From NCBI RefSeq assembly GCF_009834535.1, contig NC_045697.1:120096001-120160000 (forward strand): 64,000 bases of DNA, given 5' to 3'. Made by a program: the position numbers and the translations under genes. Below the pieces are notes generated by a model. It worked only from the letters and a program-made list of their open reading frames with translations, was not told the DNA's origin and did not search any database. The stretch is from Camelus ferus. Taxonomy: Eukaryota. Positions 52,999 through 64,000 of this stretch are shown piece by piece. How positions within the stretch are numbered: the stretch's first letter is position 1; each line of letters opens with the position of its first letter.

Positions 52999-55900
52999 CA
53001 CTCAGGATAGCAGAACACACCTTTGTGTGTGTGATGGTGAAGAAAAATACACTCCAGGCATATTAATGGGGGTACAGCTGTTCCCAGGTTTGGAGATGTC
53101 ACCTAATTACCTCCACTGCCAATGGGGAAGCACTCTATACTTCTTCGCTTTCCAGACTAATTCCCAGCTTTCCTTTGAAGCCCGGCCTAAGGAAACACCT
53201 AGGGATGACAATATTAGCGATTCTATCAGAACCCCATCTCTGCTGACAGTTGGAGGTACAACACACACTCTAAATTCTGGAACATGGCTTTGCTTGGTGG
53301 ATGTATGGAGACCAACACCACAATATGCCTGGGGGCACAGTTTCTCTCTGTCTGGTAGAAGTCCGCTCATTACCTCTACAATCAATCACTGGGCAAATCT
53401 GGCTAATTGGCTTTCCAGCCGAACCCCCAGTTTCAATCATAGCCCGCCATGGAACACACTAAGAGATTATAAGCTAGTGGTTCTATTGGAACCCAGGCAC
53501 TGCAGACCGTTTTAGGAAGCTCCGCACACGCAGGATAACAGAACACTTATTTTGTGTCTGATAGAGATGTTAAATATTCCACGCATGTTTCAGCGGGTAC
53601 AGTTTTACCTAAGAAGGGGGAGGTCAGATTATTCCCATTAATGCCCATGGGGAGGTAATCGCTCCTGCTTGGATTTCCATACAATCCCCCAGTTTCCCTT
53701 GCAACCCAGTCAGAGAAAACTGTCAGGAAATATAGCTAAAATTTCTGTTAGAAGCCAGGCGCTGCTGACAGTTGTAGAAACCTCCCCATACACAGGGAAA
53801 CAGAACACTTCTTTGCGTGTGAGATGGAGTAGAAATAAACAGTACATGCATGTATCAGGGGTGCAGGTGTAACCAGTTTGAGAGACGTTGGCTAAGTATC
53901 TCCACAGCCCATGGGGTGCACTCTGTTTTCTTCGATTTCCAGCCCTACTCCCAGCTTTCCCTTGCAGCCCGGACAAGTGAAACACCCATGGAAGACAAAT
54001 AAGTGATTCTATCAGGACCCCGGCCTTGCTGTCTGTTGGAGGATCCTCCAAAGCTTCAGTATTCTGGAACACGTCTTTTAGTGTGGGGAGTTGTGGAACC
54101 CCAATCCACGCAGATGGATGGGGTCACAGATATGTCCCTGTTAGGGAGAAGTCCGCTATTTACGTCCACAGTGAATCTTGGGGCACTCGCTTCTTCTTAG
54201 ATTTTCACTCTATCCCCCTCTTTTCACTCGCAGCCCTGCCTTGTAAAACACTCAGTGATAATAAGCTATGTTTCTATTGGAACCCTGGTGCTGCAGACAA
54301 TTGTAGGTACCTCCCCACAATCAGAATAACAGAACACTAATTTGAGTGTCTCATTTAGATGGGTAAACTAAATTCACGCATGTTTCAGTTTGTATAGGAG
54401 TTCCTAGGTTGTGGGAGGTCGGATATTTACATCCACTGTCCATGGGGAGTCCCTTGCAGTTGCTTGGATTCCAGCCCAACCCCCAGCATTCCCTCACATC
54501 CCGGCCTGTGGAAACACTCAGGGAAATTATGCTACATTTTCTATTAGAACTAACGCGCTCCTGATATTTGTAGAAACCTCCCTACACTAAGGAAACAGAA
54601 CACACATTTGTGTGTGTGATGGAGTAAGAAAACACAGTAAGGCATGTCTATGGGGTGCAGGTTTTCGCAGGTTGTGAAATGTTGGCTAATTACCTCCACT
54701 GCCCATGGGGAAGAACTCTCTCCTTCTTCGATATCCAGCCCTAATCCTAGCATTCCCTTGCAGCCCGACCGTGGAAAACACCCAGGGATGACAAACAAAA
54801 TCATACTATCATAACCAGCGCGCTGCTGTAAGTTGGAGGAACGTCCAAACACTCAGGTTTCCGAACACGGATTTGCTTGGTACGAATTGTGAAGCCCCAC
54901 AGCACACTCATTGCTGGGGCCCAAGATTTTCCCTTTTCGGGCCAAGTCCTCTAATTACCTGCATAGTCCATCTCGGGGCACTCGCTTCTACTTGGATTTC
55001 CAGCCCTAACCCATGCTTTCCCTTGCAGCCCGACCTGGGAAAACACACAGGGAAAATACGTTATTGGTTGTAATGGAACCCAGTCTCTACCTACCGTTTT
55101 AGGTAACTTCCCACAACTAGGATAAAAGAATAAACATTTGTGTGTCTGATGGAGATGGGTAAACAAACTCCAAGCATATAACGGGGTCCTTAGGTGTTCC
55201 AAGGCTGTGGGACGTCGGAAAATTACCTCAAATTCTCATGGGGAGTGTCTCACTGCTGCAACGAAATTCAGCCAAACCCACAGATTTACCTCGCAGCCAG
55301 GCCTGTGAAAACACTCATGGAAAACAAAATACTTGTGCTAGTAGAAACAAGGCACTGCTGAAACTTGTAGAATCCTCCCCACACTCAGGATATCAGAAGA
55401 AATTTTTGTGTGTGTGATGGTGTAGGAAAATACACTCCAGGCATGTTTCTGGGGGTACAGCTGTTCCCAGGTTTGGAGATGTCGCCTAATTAACTCCAAT
55501 TCCAATGGGGAGGCACTCTATACTTCTTCACATTCCAGACCAACTCCCTGCTTTCCTTTGAAGCCCGGCCTAAGAAAACACCTAGGGATGACAATATTAT
55601 TGATTCTATCAGAACCTCCGCTCTGCTGCCTTTTGGATGTACAACACACACTCAAAATTCCGGAACATGTATTTGCTTGGTGGTGGATTTGAGACCAACA
55701 CCACAAGATGCCTGGGGGCACAGTTTCTCTCTGTTTGGGAGAATTCCGCTAATTAACTCTACAGTCAATTTCTGGGCAATCCTGGCTACTTGGCTTTCCA
55801 GACGAACCCCCAGATGCCCTCGCAGCCCGACCAGTAAAACACTCAGAGATTATAAGCTAGTGGTTCTATTGGAACCAAGGCACTGCAGACCGTTGTAGGA

Positions 55901-57770
55901 AGCTCCGCACACGCAGGATAACAGAACATTTATTTGTGTCTTAATGAAATGCTAAAAACTGCACACAAGTTTCAGGTGGTACAGGTTTTCCTATGTTGGG
56001 GTAGGGCAGATTATTCCCATTAATGCCCATGGGGTGGTAATCACTCCTGCTTAGATTTCCATCCAATCCCCCAGTTTCCATTGCAACCCAATCAGATGAA
56101 ACAGTCAGGAAATTTAGCTAAATTTTCTATTAGAACCAAGAGGATGCTGACAGTTGTAGAAACTTCCCCATACACAGGGTAACAGAACACTTCTTTGTGT
56201 GTGTGATTGAGTAGGAAAGCACACTCCATGCATGTTTTTGGGGTGCAGGTGTAACCAGGCTGTGAGTCGTTGGCTAATTATCTCCACAGCCCATGGGGAG
56301 GCACTCTGTTTTTCTTCATTTTCCAGCCCTACTCCCAGCTTTCAATTGCAGCCCGGGTTAGGAAAAGACCCTGGGATGATATACTAAGTGGTTCTATCAG
56401 AACCCCGGCCCTGCTGTCTGTTGGAGGGACCTCCACACACACAGGATTAACAAACACGTCTTTGCTTGGGAGAATTGTGAAGCCCCTCTCCACACACATG
56501 GCTGATGGCCCAAGTTTTTCCCTGTTAGGTAGAAGTCCGCTAATTACCTCTACATATGATCGTGGGGCACTCGCTTCTACTTGGATTTCCATCCCAACCC
56601 CCAGGATTCCCTTGCAGCCCGGCCTGGGGAATAACAGTGTGAAAAGAATCTACTGGTGTTATTAGAACACATGCGCTGATGACAATTGTGGAATCCTTCG
56701 AACACTCATGATAACTGAGCACATCTTTCTGTGTGGGATGGAGTAGTAAAACACACTCCAGGCATTTTTCTGGCGATCCAGGTTTTCCCAGGTTGGGAGA
56801 CGTCACCTAGATTCCTTCAATGTCCATGTTGATGCATTGACTTCTTCTTCGTTTTCAAGCCCAACTCCCAACTTTCCCTTGCATCCCGGTCTAGGATTAT
56901 ACCCAGGGATGACAGTCTAAGTGATTTTATCAGAGCTAAGATGCTGCTGTATTTTGTAATAACTTCCAGAAACTTAGGATTCTGGATCACGTCTATGCTT
57001 GGGGGTAGCTTTGGAGACCCACACCACAGAGATGGCTTGGGGCACAGGATTTTCCCTGTTAGTTAGACGTCCACTAATTACCTCCACAGTGCATCTCGGG
57101 TCACTCGCTGCTACATGGCTTTCCAGCGCAAGCGCAGCATTCCCTCGCAGGCCGGCCTGGGAAAACAATAAGGGATAATAATCCAGTGGTTCTATTGGAA
57201 CCCAGGTGCTACAGAACCGTTTAGGATACTCCCCACACCAAGGAAAATAGAACACTTCTTGGTGTGTCTCATGCAGTTTCGTAAAAATACTCCACGCGTG
57301 TTTCAGGGGTTAAGGTGTTGCTAGTTAGTGGGAGTTCGGATAATTCCCTCCAATGCCCATGGGGAGGCACTCGCTCCTGCTTGGATTTCCAGCCCAACCC
57401 CCAGCTGTCCCTCTCAGCCCGGCCTGGGAAAACACTCAGGGATAATATGCTATTGGTTTAATTGGAACCCAGTCGCTACCTAACGTTGTAGGCTCCTTCC
57501 GACATCTGGGATAACAGAAGAAATCATTGTGGGTCTGATGGAGATGGGTAAACAAACTCCATGCATGTTTCAGGGGGCACAGGTGTTCCAAGGATGTGGG
57601 ACGTCGGAAAATTACCTCAAATTCTCATGGGGAATATCTCACTGCTACTACGAAATTCAGCCAAACCCACAGCTTTACCTCGCAGCTAGGCGTGTGAAAA
57701 CTCTCACGGAAAAGAAAATACTGGTTCTATTAGAACCCAGGTGCTGCTGATATTTGTAGAATCCTCCCCA
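52999..57770 (+). repeat. HOR copy 10, 18-mer variant (4772 bp)
   Basis: Anchors at 52999 and 57771. It has the 20-mer structure minus a further two monomers: monomer-8 head joined to monomer-10 tail at ~53947-53971. 4772/265=18. Confidence 0.9.
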
Positions 57771-60700
57771 CACTCAGGATAGCAGAACACACCTTTGTGT
57801 GTGTGATGGTGTAGAAAAATACACTCCAGGCATATTTCTGGGGGTACAGCTGTTCCCAGGTTTGGAGATGTCGCCTAATTAACTCCACTGCCAATGGGGA
57901 GGCAATCTATACTTCTTCGCTTTGCAGACCATCTCTCAAATTTCCCTTACAGCCCGGCCTAAGAAAACACCTAGTGATGAAAATATTCGTGATTCTATGA
58001 GAAAACCTCGCTGCTGCCTTTTGGAGGTACAACGCAATCTCAAAATTCTGGAACATGGCTTTGCTTGGTGGAGGTGTGGAGACGAACACCACAAGATTCC
58101 TGGGGGCACATTTCTCTCTCTCTGGGAGAAGTCTGCTTATTACCTCTACAGTCAATCTCTGGGCACTCGTTGCTACTTGGCTTTCAAGCCGAACCCCAAG
58201 GTTTCCCTCGCAGCCCGCCCAGATAAACACTCAGAGATAATAAGTTAATGGTTCTATTGGTACTCAAGCACTGCAGGCCGTTGTAGGAACCTCCGCACAT
58301 GCAGGATAACAGAAAAAATTTTTTGTGTCTCATTGAGATGGTAAAAGCTCCACGCATGTTTCAGGGTGTACTGGTATTCCTAGGTTGTGGGAGGTCAGAT
58401 ACATCCCACTACAGCCCATGGGGAAGTACTCGCTCCTGCTTGGCTTTCCTGCCCATCCCCCATTTTCCTTTTCAACCCAGTCTGAGAAAACAATCAGGAA
58501 ATGTAGCTAAAGTTTCTACCAGTGCCCTGGAGCTGCAGTCTGTTGTAGGAACTTCAACACACACAGGATTCCCAAACACGGCTTTGCTTGGAAGGGTTTT
58601 GAAGCCCCAATCCACAAACTTGGCTAGGGGCAGAACTTATTCCCTGTTAGGTAGAAGTCCGTAAATTAGCTCTACAGTCCTTCTCGGGCACCCGCCGCTA
58701 CTTGGAATTCCAGCCCAACCCGCATTTTTCCCTTGCAGCCTGGCCTGGTTTAACACAGAAGGAAAAGAAGCTATTGGTGCTATTTGAACCCATGCCCTGC
58801 TGAAAATTGTGGAAACCTTCGAACACTCAGGATAACAGAACATATCGTTCTGTGTGTGACGAAGTAGGAAAACACACTCCAGGCATGTTTCTTAGGGTAC
58901 AGCTTTTCCCAGGATGGGAGAGGACGCCTAATTAACTCCGCTTCCAATGTGGAGGCACACTATACTTCTTCGCTTTCAAGACCAACTCCCAGCTTTCCTT
59001 TGAAGCCGGCCTAAGGAAACACCTATGGATGACAATATTAGCGATTCTATCAGAACCCCCTCTCTGCTGACTGTTGGAGGTACAACACACACTCAAAATT
59101 CCGGAACATGGCTTTGCTTGGTGGAGGTATGGAGACCAACACCACAATATGCCTGGGGGCACAGTTTCTCTCTGTCTGGGGGAAGTACGCTCATTAACTC
59201 TATAGTCAATATCTGGGCAATCCTGGCTACTAGGCTTTCTAGCCGAACCCCCAGTTTCCCTCGCAGCCCGCCCGGGAACACACTCAGAGATTATAAGCTA
59301 GTGGTTGTATTGGAACCCAGGCACTGCAGATCGTTGTAGGAAGCTCCGCACACGCAGGATAACAGAATACATTTTTGTGTCTGATTGAGATGGTAAAAAT
59401 TCCACGCATGTTTCAGGGGGTACAGGTTTTCCTAGGTTGGGGGAGGTCAGATTATTCCCATTAATGCCCATGGGGACGTAATCGCTCCTGCTTGGATTTC
59501 CATCCCATCCCCCAGTTTCCCTTGCAACCCAGTCAGAGAAAACAGTCAGGAAATATAGCTAAAGTTTCTATTAGAACACAGGCGCTGCTGACAGATGTAA
59601 AAACCTCCCCATACACAGGGTAACAGAACACTTCTTGGTGTGAGATGGAGTAGGAATACACAGTACATGCATGTATCTGTGGTGCAGGTGTAACCATTTT
59701 GGGAGACGTTGGCTTAGTATCTCCACAGCCCATGGGGATGCACTCAGTTTTCTTCGATTTCCAGCCCTACTCCCAGCATTCCCTTGAAGCCCGGGTTAGG
59801 AAAACACTCAGGAATCACAAACTAACTCATACTATCAGAACCAGTGCGCTGCTGTATGTGTGGAGGAACCTTCAAACACTCAGGATTCCGGAACTCGGAT
59901 TTGCTTGGTGCGAATTGTGAAGCCCCACAGCACACTCAATCCTGGGGCCCAAGATTTTCCCTTTTAGGGCCAAGTCCGCTAATTACCTCCATAGTCCATC
60001 TCTGGGTACTCACTGCTACTTGGATTCCCAGCCCAACCCCCATGTTTCCCTTGCAGCCCAGCCTGGGGTAATACAGAGGGAAAAGAAGCTATTGGTGCTA
60101 TTCGAACCTATGCCCTGCTGACAAATGTGGAAACCTTCGAACACTCAGGATAACAGAACATATCTTTCTGTGTGTGATGGTGTAGGAAAACACACTCCAG
60201 GCATTTTTATGGGGATCCAGGTTTTCCCAGGTTGGGAGATGTCGTCTTGATTCCTTCAGTGTCCATGGGGTGGCACTGTCTTCTTCTTCCTTTTCAAGCC
60301 CAACTCCCAGGTTTCCCTTGCAGCACGGACAAGTGAAACACCCATGGAAAACAAATAAGTGATTCTATCAGAACCCCGGCCTTGCTGTCTGTTGGAGGAT
60401 CCTCCAAAGCTTCAGTATTCTGGAACACGTCTTTTAGTGTGGGGAGTTGTGGAACCCCAATCCACGCAGATGGATGGGGTCACAGATATGTCCCTGTTAG
60501 GGAGAAGTCCGCTAATTACCTCCACAGTGAATCTTGGGGCACTCGCTTCTTCTTAGATTTTCACTCTATCCCCCAATTTTCACTCGCAGCCCTGCCTTGT
60601 AAAACACTCAGTGATAATAAGCTATGTTTCTATTGGAACCCTGGTGCTGCAGACAATTGTAGGTACCTCCCCACAATCAGAATAACAGAACACTAATTTG

Positions 60701-63700
60701 AGTGTCTCATTTAGATGGGTAAACTAAATTCACGCATGTTTCAGTTTGTATAGGAGTTCCTAGGTTGTGGGAGGTCGGATATTTACATCCACTGTCCATG
60801 GGGAGTCCCTTGCAGTTGCTTGGATTCCAGCCCAACCCCCAGCATTCCCTCACATCCCGGCCTGTGGAAACACTCAGGGAAATTAAGCTACATTTTCTAT
60901 TAGAACTAACGCGCTCCTGATATTTGTAGAAACCTCCCTACAGTAAGGAAACAGAACACACATTTGTGTGTGTGATGGAGTAAGAAAACACATTAAGGCA
61001 TGTCTATGGGGTGCAGGTTTTCGCAGGTTGTGAAATGTTGGCTAATTACCTCCACTGCCCATGGGGAAGAACTCTCTTCTTCTTCGATATCCAGCCCTAA
61101 TCCTAGCATTCCCTTGCAGCCCGACCGTGGAAAACACCCAGGGATGACAAACTAAATCATTCTATCATAACCAGCGCGCTGCTGTAAGTTGGAGGAACGT
61201 CCAAACACTCAGGTTTCCGAACACGGATTTGCTTGGTGCGAATTGTGAAGCCCCACAGCACACTCATTGCTGGGGCCCAAGATTTTCCCTTTTCGGGCCA
61301 AGTCCTCTAATTACCTGCATAGTCCATCTCGGGGCACTCGCTTCTACTTGGATTTCCAGCCCTAACCCATGCTTTCCCTTGCAGCCCGACCTGGGAAAAC
61401 ACACAGGGAAAATACGTTATTGGTGGTAATGGAACCCAGTCTCTACCTACCGTTTTAGGTAACTTCCCACAACTAGGATAAAAGAATAAACATTTGTGTG
61501 TCTGATGGAGATGGGTAAACAAACTCCAAGCATATAACGGGGTCCTTAGGTGTTCCAAGGCTGTGGGACGTCGGAAAATTACCTCAAATTCTCATGGGGA
61601 GTGTCTCACTGCTGCAACGAAATTCAGCCAAACCCACAGATTTACCTCGCATCCAGGCCTGTGAAAACACTCATGGAAAACAAAATACTTGTGCTAGTAG
61701 AAACAAGGCACTGCTGAAACTTGTAGAATCCTCCCCACACTCAGGATATCAGAAGAAATTTTTGTGTGTGTGATGGTGTAGGAAAATACACTCCAGGCAT
61801 GTTTCTGGGGGTACAGCTGTTCCCAGGTTTGGAGATGTCGCCTAATTACCTCCACTTCCAATGGGGAGGCACTCTATACTTCTTCACATTCCAGACCAAC
61901 TCCCTGCTTTCCTTTGAAGCCCGGCCTAAGAAAACACCTAGGGATGACAATATTATTGATTCTATGAGAACACCAGCTCTGCTCACTTTTGGAGGTACAA
62001 CACACACTCAAAAATCCGGAACATGGCTTTGCTTGGCGGAGGTATGGAGACCAACACCACAAGATCCCTGGGGGCACAGTTACTCTCTGTTTGGGAGAAT
62101 TCCGCTATTTACCTCTACAGTCAATTTCTGGGAAATCCTGGCTACTTGGCTTTCCAGACGAACCCCCAGATTCCCTCGCAGCCCGACCTGTAAAACACTC
62201 AGAGATTATAAGCTAGTGGTTCTATTGGAACCAAGGCACTGCAGACCGTTGTAGGAAGCTCCGCACACGCAGGATAACAGAACATTTATTTGTGTCTTAA
62301 TGAAATGCTAAAAACTGCACACAAGTTTCAGGGGGTACAGGTTTTCCTATGTTGGGGTAGGGCAGATTATTCCCATTAATGCCCATGGGGTGGTAATCGC
62401 TCCTGCTTAGATTTCCATCCCATCCCCCAGTTTCCATTGCAACCCAATCAGAGAAAACAGTCAGGAAATTTAGCTAAAGTTTCTATTAGAACCAAGAGGA
62501 TGCTGACAGTTGTAGAAACTTCCCCATACACAGGGTAACAGAACACTTCTTTGTGTGTGTGATTGAGTAGGAAAACACACTCCATGCATGTTTTTGGGGT
62601 GCAGGTGTAACCAGGCTGTGAGTCGTTGGCTAATTATCTCCACAGCCCATGGGGAGGCACTCTGTTTTTCTTCATTTTCCAGCCCTACTCCCAGCTTTCA
62701 ATTGCAGCCCGGGTTAGGAAAAGACCCTGGGATGATATACTAAGTGGTTCTATCAGAACCCCGGCCCTGCTCTCTGTTGGAGGGACCTCCACACACACAG
62801 GATTAACAAACACGTCTTTGCTTGGGAGAATTGTGAAGCCCCACTCCACACACATGGCTGATGGCCCAAGTTTTTCCCTGTTAGGTAGAAGTCCGCTAAT
62901 TACCTCTACATACGATCGTGGGGCACTCGCTTCTACTTGGATTTCCATCCCAACCCCCAGGATTCCCTTGCAGCCCGGCCTGGGGAATAACAGTGTGAAA
63001 AGAATCTACTGGTGTTATTAGAACACATGCGCTGATGACAATTGTGGAATCCTTCGAACACTCATGATAACTGAGCACATCTTTCTGTGTGGGATGGAGT
63101 AGTAAAACACACTCCAGGCATTTTTCTGGGGATCCAGGTTTTCCCAGGTTGGGAGACGTCACCTAGATTCCTTCAATGCCCATGTTGATGCATTGACTTC
63201 TTCTTCGTTTTCAAGCCCAACTCCCAACTTTCCCTTGCATCCCGGTCTAGGATTATACCCAGGGATGACAGTCTAAGTGATTTTATCAGAGCTAAGATGC
63301 TGCTGTATTTTTTAATAACTTCCAGAAACTTAGGATTCTGGATCACGTCTATGCTTGGGGGTAGCTTTGGAGACCCACACCACAGAGATGGCTTGGGGCA
63401 CAGGATTTTCCCTGTTAGTTAGACGTCCACTAATTACCTCCACAGTGCATCTCGGGTCACTCGCTGCTACATGGCTTTCCAGCGCAAGCGCAGCATTCCC
63501 TCGCAGGCCGGCCTGGGAAAACAATAAGGGATAATAATCCAGTGGTTCTATTGGAACCCAGGTGCTACAGAACCGTGTAGGATACTCCCCACACCAAGGA
63601 AAATAGAACACTTCTTGGTGTGTCTCATGCAGTTTCGTAAAAATACTCCACGCGTGTTTCAGGGGTTAAGGTGTTGCTAGTTAGTGGGAGTTCGGATAAT

Positions 63701-64000
63701 TCCCTCCAATGCCCATGGGGAGGCACTCGCTCCTGCTTGGATTTCCAGCCCAACCCCCAGCTGTCCCTCTCAGCCCGGCCTGGGAAAACACTCAGGGATA
63801 ATATGCTATTGGTTTAATTGGAACCCAGTCGCTACCTAACGTTGTAGGCTCCTTCCGACATCTGGGATAACAGAAGAAATCATTGTGGGTCTGATGGAGA
63901 TGGGTAAACAAACTCCATGCATGTTTCAGGGGGCACAGGTGTTCCAAGGATGTGGGACGTCGGAAAATTACCTCAAATTCTCATGGGGAATATCTCACTG
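57771..64000 (+). repeat. HOR copy 11, 24-mer, truncated by the window end within monomer 24; mostly beta lineage
   Basis: Anchor at 57771; monomer 1-4 block present. The window ends in the GGACGTCGGAAAATTACCTCAAATTCTCATGG segment of monomer 24. Confidence 0.9.

Larger units (their letters stand above)
1..64000 (+). repeat. Tandem satellite DNA array, ~265-bp monomers (classes A/B/C) organised as higher-order repeats; probably centromeric or pericentromeric
   Basis: Homologous monomer starts recur every ~265 bp (approx. 1, 268, 530, 793, 1054, 1319, 1582, 1845, 2109, 2374 ... 6363). Shared motifs include CTAATTACCTCCAC, TTTCCAGCCCAACCC, TTTCCCTTGCAGCCCGG, GGAAAACACTCAGGG and TTCTATTGGAACCCAGG. 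Orientation is the same throughout and I saw no non-repeat sequence. Centromeric location is inference only. Confidence 0.98.

Noticed and set aside
29..63611. Hundreds of 60-180 aa ORFs on both strands, recurring with the HOR period
   Set aside because: They overlap in all frames, mostly use non-ATG starts, resemble no protein family I recognise, and are opened or closed at random by stops and frameshifts between copies. They are chance ORFs in satellite DNA.
1..64000. CRISPR-like or other repeat-spacer array
   Set aside because: The sequence between conserved motifs is homologous across units rather than unique spacers, the unit is ~265 bp, and there are no cas genes.
1..64000. Primate alpha satellite or a simple 528-530-bp dimer repeat
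   Set aside because: The monomer is ~265 bp, not 171 bp, and lacks alphoid motifs. AB dimers exist but are interspersed with C monomers, so 530 bp is not the true period.

Overview
The whole 64 kb window is one uninterrupted, single-orientation tandem satellite array. I see no genes, RNA genes, transposon insertions or CRISPR elements, and the ORF track is a by-product of the repeat. The basic monomer is ~265 bp (~241 monomers in the window) and falls into three recognisable classes, here called A, B and C. Monomers are organised into alpha-satellite-like higher-order repeats (HORs) starting at the anchor CACTCAGGATAGCAGAACAC. Eleven HOR copies have lengths 6362, 6356, 5306, 5305, 5306, 6349, 5301, 6356, 6357, 4772 and >=6230 bp, i.e. 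24,24,20,20,20,24,20,24,24,18,24(truncated) monomers. Chimeric monomers suggest a nested history: 265-bp monomer -> ABC trimer (~795 bp) -> 11-mer (~2.9 kb) -> 20/24/18-mer HORs -> a putative ~29.7-kb five-HOR super-unit. Overlaid on this are a very recent 3x expansion of a 5.3-kb unit, at least two diverged sequence lineages, and a short conversion-like tract. The array looks like (peri)centromeric satellite from a CpG-methylating eukaryote, probably a vertebrate. Species and centromere function cannot be established from the sequence alone. All alignments were done by eye, so monomer boundaries are approximate (+/- ~10 bp).
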